NCBI GenBank assembly: GCA_030390025.1
Contig: CM059449.1
Span: 33,852,001 to 33,916,000, forward strand
DNA from: Squalus acanthias
Lineage: Eukaryota
Length of the DNA: 64,000 nucleotides
Direction of reading: 5' to 3'
Part shown: in pieces, positions 12,512 to 24,263 of the stretch
How positions within the stretch are numbered: position 1 is the first letter of the stretch
How the letters are laid out: each line of letters opens with the position of its first letter
Translations under genes and position numbers: made by a program
The notes under the pieces: generated by a model
Database searches by the model: none
Told to the model about the DNA's origin: nothing
The model's input: only the letters and a program-made list of their open reading frames with translations

Positions 12512-15333
12512 ATGGGATGGCCAATCATTGTGCAGATAGAAGAAATTTTCTACCCGATTCTTGCAGCGATTGGTGTTCCTGGTAAGTCAATGTGATCAAT
12601 TGTTATTTGCCCTTACTGATGGTTAACAGTATCATTGCTCTTGCCTTCTAGCAGCATAGGGGTAGATCTTGACTTTGTGCGATGGTGTGAAGCAGGTGAC
12701 GGGGAATGAGCCGTCTGCTTCACATCTCTCCTGGTTTTTATTTCCATTTACTTCAATTGAACTGAAAATCGAGAAATGGAAAACCGATTGCTGATTCGCT
12801 ATCGCCCGTTTTCACCATCGCACTAAGTCATAATCTGCCCCAATATCTATTTATGTTCCGATGTGTTGACGCAGTCAGTAATTGCAGCAACCGTTACATT
12901 AAAGTCAATGGAAGGGGAATCGGACGAGGTGTATAATGGAAGGTGAATTGGAGATCCCTCGTTTTACACCATTGCTCAAAGTTCAGATTACACCCCGTCT
13001 GATTTTATTTTCCATTGGGTGGATTTTCGCTCTTAGTTACGAACGGAAAACAGACAATAGCGCATTGGCCACCCATTTTACAACTCGCTCGACTCTCGGT
13101 TACATTGAAGTCAGTGGACATGAAAGTCCACGGCTGTGTAAAACAGGCAACTGCTCGCTACAAACCGGTTTCTGCAGGGCAGTATAGGTGAAAAATCACC
13201 TCTAGTGAAGTCTATGGGAAGTACAATCAGGTGGGGTGTAAAACTGGCCGGGTCAATTTCCCAGTCGGCAAATTTAGTTAACATTTATCCAAAGTCTCAT
13301 CCACAAAATGAGGAGATGCTGCATCGTAATCTATGGCACTACCCCTGTACGGGACAGTCTCGGTCCAACAATAACAATCCTACACTGGGTGTCCATGAGG
13401 CTCTGTGGGTCACAGTAGCAGTGAAATTGTTTACCACAACAGTCTCTCACCTCATGGCCTGGCATAACCCTCACTGCTCCATTACTGTCCAGCCAGTAGA
13501 CCCACCCTGTTTTAATGTTGAGTGTTGAGAAATGTGCGTCAGGAACACTATCAACATTCGATGAGAGGCAAATTTGTTAACGTTGTTTTTGGGATGGGGG
13601 TGACGCTGTCAAGGTCATATTTATTACCCAGTACTAGTTTCCCCGCAAAGGGGCTATTGGGTAACATCTTGGTAGTGATTTCAATTAGGGTTATTTCAAC
13701 TTTGGGCATTAGTGAAAAAATGAGCAATGTCGAATTGACCGCTCATTAGGTGCTCGGCCGATTTCCCTTCCATTGACTCCAATGGATGGATAATTGGAAG
13801 TGGTGTATAAAGGGGGGCTAATTTGATATCGTCCATTTTACACTCTGGCCGAAATTTAAAATGAACCCCAATGTATTTGGCAATTCTAGCAGATGGATTA
13901 ATACACTTTGAATCCTCACGTTATTAGGGTTCAGAGCATTAACAATCTGAATATTTGTAATAAAGGTATTTGGTCTGGTCCACGCCAATGATGTAGTGTA
14001 AACACAGCTCGGCCCATTTTCCATTCCAGCGAATCAGTAAAAAGCAAGATGGGGAGACGTGTATAGCGGACCACGGATCGACATTCGCCTGTTTCACACT
14101 ATCGCCGCAGTCAACATTATTCTGAATGTGTGTTCTCTGAATTGGTGGTGACGACCTTTGTAACTAAGTGGATATAAACTGATGCATTCTGGATAAAATC
14201 ACTTCATGCTCCATCAGGTTATTGTTTCCTTGAAATAATTCCAGAATAAATTCGATAGTGTGTGACCATTCTGTAATCGTGTTGACAGGATTTGCGCGTT
14301 TACACGCTGTGGAGAAAGCAAGAATTGAGCGACAGGATTAGACAAATCGGTGTGATTTTACACACGCTGCTCATCCCTGTCTTAAGCCTACAATGAGTCA
14401 CATTCGATTATTTTTTTCTCTCTTGCAGCTAATTTATTGACGATTGTGATTCTCTCCCGGGGAAAGTGCGGTCTCTCCAAATGCATCACTCGCTATCTGA
14501 TTGCCATGGCAATCGCGGATCTCCTGGTCATGATATTTGATGTGATACTGTATGCGATCTACGATATTTATTTCCCATATTCATTCCTGAACTATACTTC
14601 CAGCTGCAGAATCAATCTCTCTCTGATTTATTGTGTCATTGACTGCTCAGTCTGGTTAACAGTGACTTTCACCTTTGATCGCTTTGTGGCCATTTGTTGC
14701 AGGAATTTGAGAACTAAATATTGTAGCGAAAGAACCGCAGCTACCGTTATAGTGACAGTTTGTGGACTGAGCTTTTTAGAAAATATTCCTATTTATTTTA
14801 TGTGTGAACCCCGGGAAATAATTGACAATACCTGGTGGTTCTGCACTGTTCAGTCTAGCTTCTATACCTCTCCCGTCTGGGTAGCCTATCTCTGGTTAGA
14901 CAGTATTTTAACCCCATTTGCTCCATTTGTTTTGATTTTACTCCTCAATGCTTTGACCATCAGACATATTTTAGCAGCTAATATAATCCGCAGGAGAATG
15001 CAAGGCAGCAATGGTGAGATTCACAATGATCCAGAGATGAGGAATCGAAGAAAGTCGATCATCTTACTGCTCGCTATATCTGGTAATTTTATACTGTTGT
15101 GGATGTTAACTCTTATTAATTACGTTTGTATACAAATTACGGACTCGCAGTTTTTTCAGACAGATTATACCGAGCCTTTCACCATCATGGAAAACACAGG
15201 GTATTTGCTGCAGCGGCTCAGTTCTTGCACCAACACCATTATTTATGCAGTGGCCCAGACCAAATTCAGAGAGGAGTTAATGAACACGGTTAAAAGTCCC
15301 TTCACTCTAATTATTAAGTTAATTAAACATTGA
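12512..15333 (+). CDS. Intact class A orphan GPCR, GPR139/GPR142-like, 324 aa; exons 12512-12581 and 14429-15333
   Basis: MGWPIIVQIEEIFYPILAAIGVP, then G|GTAAGT ... TTGCAG|CT in phase. Seven hydrophobic segments, ADL in TM2, FDRFVAIC, NTIIY, no stops. Confidence 0.9.
12659..12841. mobile_element. Old short palindromic MITE in the GPCR intron
   Basis: TIRs ggggtagat / atctgcccc, arms tgcgatggtg / caccatcgca, centre ttccatttacttcaattgaa. Confidence 0.65.
13688..13869. mobile_element. Old short palindromic MITE in the GPCR intron
   Basis: gggttatttc ... aaaatgaacccc with centre ttccattgactccaatgga. Relatives at ~12850-13000, 13016-13203 and 13960-14125. Confidence 0.55.
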
Positions 15334-16611
15334 TGTGAACAAGATTCTTTCACAGCTGACTAGAACCCACGTTGGTTCACAATGTTACCTTCACAAAACA
15401 GAGTAAATTGCACAACAGCGGGGAGATTTTCAATCAGTCCGGTTCGATACTGGGCGGGTGATCAGCTCCATCACTCATCATCCAGGGGTGAAAGTGTTAA
15501 TCTACCCCGAGGAGTCACATTGTAGCCTCAGATTGTTGCTCTTTTCAGAAGGAGCGATGGAAAATCTGCTCCTATTTTACATCGTGACAGCTTCTCCTTT
15601 TCACGGCCTGTATCACCTGCCATTCACTATCGCCCGTTTTGGTTTACCAATAAAGTCCAGTCTCATCCCCCAAGTTTGTGTTCGCAACATATTCCTCACC
15701 ACAGAACTTTATCAGCGGTGTCAATCTCTGCACAGTATCTCCTTCCGCTCATTCAACACGTCATAAGCTGTTGAGGAACAGGAATGACACAGGACGGGAT
15801 GTCACTTCATGTGTTGTCAAATGGAACTGGGTTGGGACGAAGGATTTTGCAGAGACGGCTCAATTTTAACCTACCTCGCCTGGTGGGTAGTGCACGGCAT
15901 CAGGTGGAACACCGGGTTTACAACCCGCTCGATATTACTCTCTGTTGACTGTAATGGATAATTTTTATAAATGATAGATGTAAACCAGCGTTGCGCCCGA
16001 TTCGATCAGTTTCCCGACGGGCGGGTCAGGTTAAAATTGTAGTTGAAGCCCAGACTCGGAGGTACGCTGCCAGTTTCACATCAGTGACTCACATCGACGC
16101 CAAAGGTCCGATGTAAATGCAGCTTTAGAAATGTCCTTACACCTAGACCCTTAAAAACAAATGCATTTTGCAGCATTCTAATTGTTCTTTTCTTTCAGGT
16201 GAAGCTTTATTCATTAAATTGTTATTTGTTAAACCCGCAGCGATAGTTTAATGGGTGTTCTGAGAAATCCTTCAATGTGATATTACAGTTTATTTCAAGA
16301 TTTGTTTCCACTTCAACTCGTCTGGGAGTAAAAGTAATTTTGACTCAGGCGGATGTGTAATCATCGTCTCAATGTTAAACTTACACAAGCCTTTAGCAGC
16401 AGTATGTGTCCTGCTCTCAACAACAGGACAGAAAAGCAAGAGCGATAATTGTCCCTTTTGACAATAATGTAAAGATGGTGATCTGGCACACCCCGTTATA
16501 CACATCGGCCGAGCTTCCTTCCATGATGTGGAGATGCCGGTGTTGGACTGGGGTGGACAAATGTGAGAAGTCGCACAACACCAGGTTAAAGTCCAACAGT
16601 TTTATTTGAAA

Positions 16612-16648
16612 TCCCAAGCTTTCGGAGCGCTGCTCCTTCCTCAGGTGA
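16612..16648 (-). ncRNA. Minimal hammerhead ribozyme, antisense twin
   Basis: On the - strand: tcac CUGAGGA a ggagc-agc-gctcc GAAA gc uu ggga, with one stem I mismatch. Confidence 0.65.
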
Positions 16649-16660
16649 AGTCTTCACACT

Positions 16661-16697
16661 TCACCTGACGAAGGAGCAGCGCTCCGAAAGCTTGTGA
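16661..16697 (+). ncRNA. Minimal type I hammerhead ribozyme (Penelope type)
   Basis: tcac CUGACGA a ggagc-agc-gctcc GAAA gc uu gtga: intact core, stem I, stem II and palindromic AAGCUU stem III. Confidence 0.75.
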
Positions 16698-17184
16698 TTT
16701 CAAATAAAACTGTTGGACTATAACCTGGTTTTGTGCGACTTCTCACATCGAGCTTCCTTCCGATTGACCTCCATGGAATGTAAATTCGGGAGGGTGAATG
16801 ATGAGCAGCCGATCCCACATCGCCTGTTTAATATCATTGCCAACAGTTAAACATTGCCCAAATGAATGGAAAAAATAAAACGAAAGACCGAGATGTTGGA
16901 CCCTGTGTCCTTTTTACAAGCGCACGGAGGGCCAATTTCAGAGAGCAAAGTCTTGCGTCCGATCAGCACCAGAGACAGCGGCGCTGCTATATTTGCACAG
17001 TCAGCTGCCCAGGCGCTCGGTGCGCCGGCCCAATGCAGTCATTAGGCCCGGTACATATGTAAATAAGGCCTGACGTCTGTTTCAGGACCCCTTCACTAAA
17101 TTGGACGCAATGTGAGGAGCAGGCTCTGGACTTTCGCTGCTGACGAATCTTCATTAGCTCTTGCGGCCTAAGCACATACCGTCA

Positions 17185-17420
17185 ACAATAACAACTTGCA
17201 TTGTTATAGCGCTTTTAACGTAGTAAAACGTCCCAAAGTGCTTCACAGGAGCGATTATCAGACAAAACTTGACACAGAGCCGCATAAACAAATATTAGGA
17301 AAGGTGAGCAAAAGCATCTTCAAAGATGTAGCTTTAGACGAGTGTCTTAAAGGAGGAGAGTGAGTGGTGGAGTGGCGGCGAAGTTTAGGGAGGGAATTCC
17401 AGAGCTGAGGGCCTCGGCAA
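17185..17420 (-). mobile_element. L2-clade LINE 3' end
   Basis: (aac)n tail followed by ttgcattgttatagcgcttttaacgtagtaaaacgtcccaaagtgcttcacagg. Confidence 0.7.
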
Positions 17421-18049
17421 AAAATGTGTTTTTTTAAAACGTTCCTGTGGAGGCGGTGGAGAAGGATTGGTCCTCGCGGCTTCATAGCACCTGCCAACTT
17501 ACAATCGCGCCAGTCCAGTTACATCAGGGCAGCTGCTCACGAGCCGGACTGCAGGAATGTGAAATCCTCACAATGGACCAGCTGCCTCTGAAGACGCGAT
17601 AGGCGCCGGCTGCTCGCCCGTGTCCGGCCTCGCGACTATCTGCTGTCTGGGCCCAGGAACATGCAATAATCAATTTTTGTTTCAAAGCCTGGCGAAGAAC
17701 TTGTTAATGTTGCAGAGCAATGGTTGTAGTCTGAGTTCAGTAGCTGGATTTGGGATTGTGTTTCGGTAGGTTCAAAGGGTGCGAGGGACCGCCATTTGAC
17801 TTTGTTAAAGAGATTTGATATCAATGTTCCCTCTAATTTTTTTGCACTGAGCGGGCCATGAATTCCTTTGAGCGTGACCTTTACGTCCGTGAGAAAATTT
17901 TAGAACAACAACAACGTTTACAACAACAACTTTTACAACAACGGCTGCAACAGCAACCACTTAAAAGCATATATACTGTATTGTCATATTGCCACCCCAC
18001 TGTCTCAAATCATGAGACAATCAGCCAAGTTTCTATAAAAGTTTAACAT

Positions 18050-18310
18050 AACTATTCTGCTTTTGAATTCTATTCCTCTAGAAATGAATCCCAGTGATTT
18101 ATTTGCACTGTTCTACTTTTTTAACCTGCGTTGCTATATTTAATGATTTATGAATCTATACTGCTACATCTCTTTGCATCTCGAGTACACTTAGACTCTT
18201 ATTTTCCAAGGAGTAGGGAGCCTCTTTATTCCTCCCACCAAAATGCACCATCTCACACGTACCTATATTGATAGTCATTTGACATTTACATGACCATTCT
18301 GCAAGTTAGT
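18050..18310 (-). mobile_element. Decayed CR1 LINE reverse transcriptase fragment
   Basis: The reverse complement matches the CR1 segments at 32140-32370 and 42440-42700. Confidence 0.55.
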
Positions 18311-18417
18311 TTACGATTGAATTAATTAAAAGCTTTTAGTTCGTCATGTAGAAACGCTATTAAAAAAAATACTTTTCAGAAATGACTCCCTGGGATAATA
18401 AAGAACCGCATAATAAT

Positions 18418-19153
18418 GGCCCAAAAATTAGTGAGGGAGCCTTCGTGCGAGGGTAAGGCTTCCCCGCGATCTCTCACTGCGCGTTGGCTTTTTCAGTCCG
18501 AGCTCGCACGAACTTGATGTTCTGGACAGCAGCTGTGCAGGGCTTCCGTATCCCACAGGCGCAGTTAATTCGTGCGAGCTGTGGGATCACGTGACTCAGT
18601 TAGAGCCAATGGCAGCACACCATCTTCATTCATAGCTTTCACATAAGTGCTGTGAAAGCTATGAATCTATACCCCCCAAAAGAACAGCTAAACCTCAATT
18701 AAATTAAAAAAACCATCACATTAATAAAATAAGTATAGTTAAATAAATTAACCATTTCAAACAAAAAATTAAATTTTTGAAAAAATTTAAAATCTTTTAA
18801 AAAGTTATAAAAATAAACTTACCTGTCTTTAAAGTCTCTAAAAAAGATATATCTGTTAAAAAAAAATCAAAATAATACTTAATTAACTACTTACCTTGTT
18901 AAAAGAGGGTCTTACGCCTCCTTTCTTTATGTCTAAAATGTTCCACGCTTACCTGCGCGTTCAAAGCACTAAGTGCACTGCGTGCGCGCAGCCTGTAGCG
19001 CGCACGCGTATCACCGAGGAACCGCCCCCTTTTGAATTCACCAAGTGCCGGTGTTCAGCGCATGCGCAGTGCATGCAGAATACCAGCAATTGAGACAGAA
19101 TACGCGAGAGTACACAGTGCGTACTCTCGCGTAGCGGCACTAATTTTTGAGCC
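18418..19153 (-). mobile_element. Harbinger-type MITE, structured family, AAT TSD
   Basis: aat|ggcccaaaaattagtg ... cactaatttttgagcc|aat. Confidence 0.9.
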
Positions 19154-20125
19154 AATAAATTAACACTTCAGAAACGTTACTCAGTTACACGGTTATGCAT
19201 TGACAAACATTCCAAAAATCCCAAGGTGAGCTGAAAGCGGCATATCTATTCGTACAATTTGTATTAATTTTAATGTTTTCAACGTATAAGCGCATCCCTC
19301 ATGTTGCTATAGCAACGGCTGCACAGTCAGCAGGAGCAGCGGATTTCCTATGGGGCTGACGTGCTGTACGTCCAGATAAGTAATTAGAATATGCATCACA
19401 ATGCAACCAGACAACCAACAAATATAAAGTGCTGAAGTTCTTCAGCTCACTCTATTTCAAAGAATCTAAACAAAACGGATATCCGTATTTTGAACTTCAA
19501 TCACTTCCATTAATAAACGTGGTGTTCTTTTTCAGCACACCCCCATGTAACATGTTGGAAATGCAGCACTTATTCACAAGTGCATTAAACAAATAAACAA
19601 TTTGCGTCATTGAATTAAAAAGAAAAAGCAGGAAAAGCTATGACTTAACAGAAATAAACAGTCTTCTTTCTTCCTGGACACGAGAACCAATCTGACTGAC
19701 TTGGAAATGTTTACTAATATGTTGACGTAAAGATGTTAATTTACGAATTTTGCTGCTAATATTTTTTCTCTCAAACATTTTCCACAATATTACCCCCTGC
19801 TCTTATGACGAAAAGTGTTGAATTACTTGAGATATATCGCAATTAAACTGCATTGCACTCTCAATTTTTAATCTATTTTTTCAAACATTTATACCAAATC
19901 GAAATTGTACATTAATAGTTTAATCGAAGTATTTTCTGTGTCTTTCTCAATGAACAAATAATACGTTCTTCTAAAGTAGCTTCCTGCAATTTTTATGCAT
20001 CATTACATAACTCTTCTTTCTATTAACAATCCACTAAACCTTTAAGATGAAATCTATATTACCTCATCCCTGAGAAATGTTCGGATTATGGAACAACAGA
20101 CTGTAAGACGTTCAGATTGTGTTAG

Positions 20126-20545
20126 GAACATAAGAACATAAGAAATAGGAGCAGGAGTAGGCCATTTGACGCTTCGAACCTGCTCCGCCATTCAATAAGA
20201 TCATGACTGATCTTCTACCTCATCTCCACTTTCCTGCACTATCCCCATATCCCTTTTTCCCTTAATATTCAAAATTCAATCGATGTCTGTCTTGAATATA
20301 CTCAATGACTAAGCCTCCACAGCCCTCTGGGGTAGAGAATTCCAAAGATTACCCACACTTCTGAGTGAAGAAATTGCTCCTCATCTCAGTCCTAAATGGC
20401 CGACCCCTTATTCTGAGACTGTGACCCCTGGTTCTACATTCCTCAGCTAGGGAAAACATCCTCCGTGCACATACCCTGACAAGCCCTGTAAGAATTTTGC
20501 ATGTTTCAATGAGATCACCTCTCAGTCTTCTAAACTCTAGAGATT
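20126..20545 (-). mobile_element. CR1 LINE 3' end
   Basis: (aacataag)2 tail followed by aaataggagcaggagtaggccatt; homologous to 44968-45400. Confidence 0.85.
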
Positions 20546-20903
20546 ATGGGGGAGAAATTCAGTCACGCCCCATTTGGGGCGCAATTATCGGCCATGCGCA
20601 AAGATTAGCGCCTGGCGCTAATTATCGCCACTGACTGCAAACTTGACTTACCCCTGGAGGTGATTGGAGCGCTAAATCAGGCGCTAGACACCTGTCTTAA
20701 GGCGAAAAGGCCGAGGAGCAAGGCGCTAACTCAGAGCACGGGCGCAGCGCAGGTGCTGTCAGTTAGCGATGGAACACAGACACACTGGCGCCAGACAGTT
20801 CTTAAAGGGGAGGGTCGATCTTGCACTCCAGCCACACCCTGCTCATTGGAGTCTTGAATCTCGGCCTGGAGAGACCTGTGCCTAAATCTTCCAGCCAAGG
20901 ACT

Positions 20904-22810
20904 ATGGAGAGGGTGAGAGAACGAGCTCAGAGCTTCAGCGAGCGGGCCTTGGATGCTCTGGTTGGCGCGGTGGAGCGCAGAAGATCTATACTCTTGCCTG
21001 AGTGTGGCAGGAGGCCTTTGCCGCGCGAGTACAGAAGAGTGTGGAGGGAGGTGGCTCAGAGCGTCTCCTGCAGGAGCATGGTGCCGAGGACCGATGTACA
21101 ATGTCGAAAAAAGTTCAACGACCTCACTCGGGTCGTCAGGGTGAGTGGCTTTTTTTCAATACCTCTCCATCCCTCCATCTCAACCTCACTCTATGGCCAG
21201 AGGGTCTTAAAACCCCAATGTACAACACTCATCCAACACCTATGGTCCTCTCATGAAACACACACACACATTCCACACTTTGCATACAGTAAGGGCTATT
21301 CACCTATGGGAGGCACATCAGGCAAGACCATGGCGGCATACAGTAAGGGCTATTCACCTATGGGAGGCACATCAGACAAGAACATGGCTGCATACAGTAA
21401 GGGCTATTCAACTATGGGAGGCACATCAGGCAAGACCATGGCTGCATACAGTAAGGGCTATTCACCTATGGGAGGCACATCAGGCAAGACCATGGCTGTA
21501 TATTTACTCAGACGCCGTCCTTTTTCTTGCAGGCCAAGCTATCTCATAATAGGAGACAGCAGCAACGGATGGGTGGAGGGCGGCCTCAGCTGCAACCCCT
21601 CAGCGATCTTGAGGCGCGCGTCCAGAGGATTGTGGCAAGCCGGGTGATCGGTCCCGTCGCCACTGGAGACGCCGACCCCGTTCTGGACAGCAATGGTAAG
21701 GTCATCACCTTTTTGTCCTCTGTCCTTCCACTTGTCCCTCACAACACCAGCCTTTGACACTTTCAATCCAACTTACTAAATCGCTGCACTTATTCCTCCC
21801 TTACTGCCACCCTGTCCTCACGCTAAAGCCACTCTTGTACCTCCCTGCTTTCAGATGGTGATTCACCAGCTGAGGAGACGGGCCTTCAAGCTGCCAGTGG
21901 GAGTGAAGCTTCAGGCGAGGAGGAAGATGAAGGCGGAGCATCAGTGCCACCCTCTCCCGAGGAAGTCCATGCCCACACTGGGAACACGCCTTCCCTGGAG
22001 GGGAGCAGGGGGGAAGGTTCTGATGAGGGTGAAGCTCCAGGACCCAGCGGGCTGCAGCAACGCCATGGGGGTAGGGAAGAACGGGGGCCTTCTCCCCGGA
22101 GGGAGAGTATGCCAGCGACTCCTACTGCAATGGACGCAGAGGAGGAGCGGCTCATCACTGAAATGAACACCCAGGCGGTGGACATGCACACTGAGCTCAT
22201 GGGTGCATTGGGAAGGGTGCCCGAATGCATTGAATCACTGGCAAGGAGTGTGGAGCACTTCGCTGTAGCACAGGCGGATGCCACACTAAAGCTTAGTGCT
22301 GCAATTCAATCTCAGACTGCTCTCATGCAGACTCAGATTGAGGCCACGCGAGCACTGACTGCTGCCATCCTCGATGGTTCGTACACATTTCCCTGGGGCT
22401 CTCACCGCGCCGCAGCAGGCCAGCAATCTGTGCTCCAGCAGATTGCTCCGGATGCTGAAGTGCTGCCCCGTAGGAGTGCCAGTGTGTCGTTCGAGCAGAG
22501 AGTTGCTGTCCTCTCTCAAGATGACAGCATTCCTGCTGCCACCACTGTCACTTCTCCACTGCACTTGCCACCGCCTGTACGACAGACTGCTGCCGCCCAT
22601 GCAGAGTTGGTGCAGTCTGCAGCCGGGCCCTCCAGGCCCAGAACTGGTCGAGCCCGTCCTTCAAGGGCACCTGCAGTCTCAGATTCTGACAATCAGCAGC
22701 CTTCCACCAGCTTTGCTGCAGCCACTGAGGTCTCATTACGGAGGAGCAGTAGGGTAAGAAGGGGGGAAGTGCGCAAGGGAAGGAGATCACCCTCGAAGGG
22801 CAAAAAGTAG
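20904..22810 (+). CDS. H3 Myb/SANT-like protein, apparently intact, 451 aa; exons 20904-21140, 21533-21695, 21855-22810
   Basis: FSERALDALV..W.EVA..RT..QCRKKFNDL. GT-AG introns in phases 0 and 1 give an open 1356-nt frame. Confidence 0.8.
21282..21497 (+). repeat. 54-bp minisatellite x4 in intron 1 of the H3 Myb-like gene
   Basis: Unit gcatacagtaagggctattcacctatgggaggcacatcaggcaagaccatggct at 21282, 21336, 21390 and 21444. Confidence 0.95.
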
Positions 22811-23109
22811 GAGGTGTGACAAAATGTTGGTCTTTTTTTTATTAAAGGCTAAGTTTCGTGGTCAAACTTTTGGACATTATCTCCAGGTTATGAGAACCAG
22901 TTCTGTTAATGACTGTGTTTTTGTGTTTCTTTCTATTAGTTTGTCATGAGGAAATGACAAACACAGAGTTTGTGAAATAAATAAGTTTTTGTATTCAAAA
23001 TATACATGTTTGGTGTTTGGAATCATTAGTGCTTTGGCAGGCTTAGGGGTTGCGTGTTGGTTTCATTCATGTTGTTCTCAATGGCAGAAGCCATTTCCAC
23101 AGCAGGGGC

Positions 23110-23208
23110 CTAGAAGCGGCTTGCTATCAGCCGTTGACGGACGGCCCTTGCAGTTTCAACATTGTGGGCCGCCCTCACACCTTGGTGCTGCTGATGATCA
23201 TCTTCCTC

Positions 23209-23239
<31 letters not shown>

Positions 23240-24263
23240 GGTGGTGCTCCAAGGCCTGGTAGCATTGGCTGGGTCCTGAGGATTGCCATGTTATGCAGCA
23301 TGCAGCACACAACTACGAAGTTGGAAACTCGCTCAGGCGAGTACTGCAGGGCTCCTCCAGAATGGTCCAGACAGCGGAACCGTTGCTTGAGCACGCCGAT
23401 TGTGTGCTCAACGATGTTCCTGGTAGCTTGATGGCTCTCGTTGTACCGCAGCTCAGCAGGGGTGTTGGGCGTACGGAGCAGTGTCATCAGCCAGGTGCTC
23501 AGTGGATACCCCTTGTCCCCGAGAAGCCAACCAACTGGCTGATGCGGTGCCTCGAAAAGTTCTGCCACAGTAGTCTGGCGCAGGATGAAAGCATCGTGGC
23601 AACTGCCAGGATAGTGGGCATTGACAGCGAGTATCAGCTGTCTGTGGTCACAGACCAACTGAACATTCAAGGAATGGAACCCCTTTCTGTTCCGGAAATC
23701 CTCAGCATTCTCATGCGGAGCACGCAAAGCGTGCAGTCAATGGCGCCCTGCACCATGGGGAAGCCCGCTATCCTCGCAAAGCCCAGAGCGCGTTCATGCT
23801 GCTTGTCTGGGGTCATGGGGAAAGAGATGTACTCTCGTCTCCTTTTAAAGAGGGCATTTGTGACCTGACGGATGCAGCAATGCACCGCAAACTGGGAGAT
23901 ATTGGCGATGTCCCCAGCAGCAGATTGAAATGAGCCAGTAGCATAAAAGTTCAGAGCCACTGTGATCTTCACTGCCACCGACAGAGACGTCCTGGACCTC
24001 AGTTGAGGCTGCAGATCTGGCTGCAGCAGGTGGCAGAGCTCAGTGACCACCTCCTTGCTGAAGCGCAGCCTTCGCAAACACTGCTCCTCAGACATATGAA
24101 TGTAGGAGAGCTGTTCACAATATACCCTGGGAGGGTAAGCTCTCCTGTACAGACGCCTGTTGGCCCTCCTCCGTCTGGCCATCATTGCCACTCTCTCTCT
24201 GCGTCTCTGTGTCCTCCGATTCAGCTGGCACAGGACGACGCCCCTAATCAGTGCAGCCCCCAT
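23110..24263 (-). pseudogene. H3 Harbinger transposase, frameshifted
   Basis: GAIDCT, then a small deletion near 23730 removes HV and shifts the frame. [19 protein letters not shown] and VEHTIG..KQRFRCL are retained. Confidence 0.92.

Larger units (their letters stand above)
16525..16748. mobile_element. Penelope-like element terminal inverted repeat (~90 bp arms, 16561-16748)
   Basis: Near-perfect inverted repeat atgtgagaagtcgcac... / ...gtgcgacttctcacat; each arm holds a minimal hammerhead motif. Confidence 0.75.

Noticed and set aside
17858-18046. Gln-rich 62-aa ORF
   Set aside because: It derives from a (caa)n low-complexity tract next to a possible small transposon end and has no other support.
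21282-21497. CRISPR-like array (also 42878-43093)
   Set aside because: The units are contiguous near-identical 54-mers with no unique spacers, in a eukaryotic context with no cas genes.
23293-23868. 191-aa ORF antisense to the H3 transposase
   Set aside because: A shadow frame of GC-rich coding sequence with no equivalent in the other elements.
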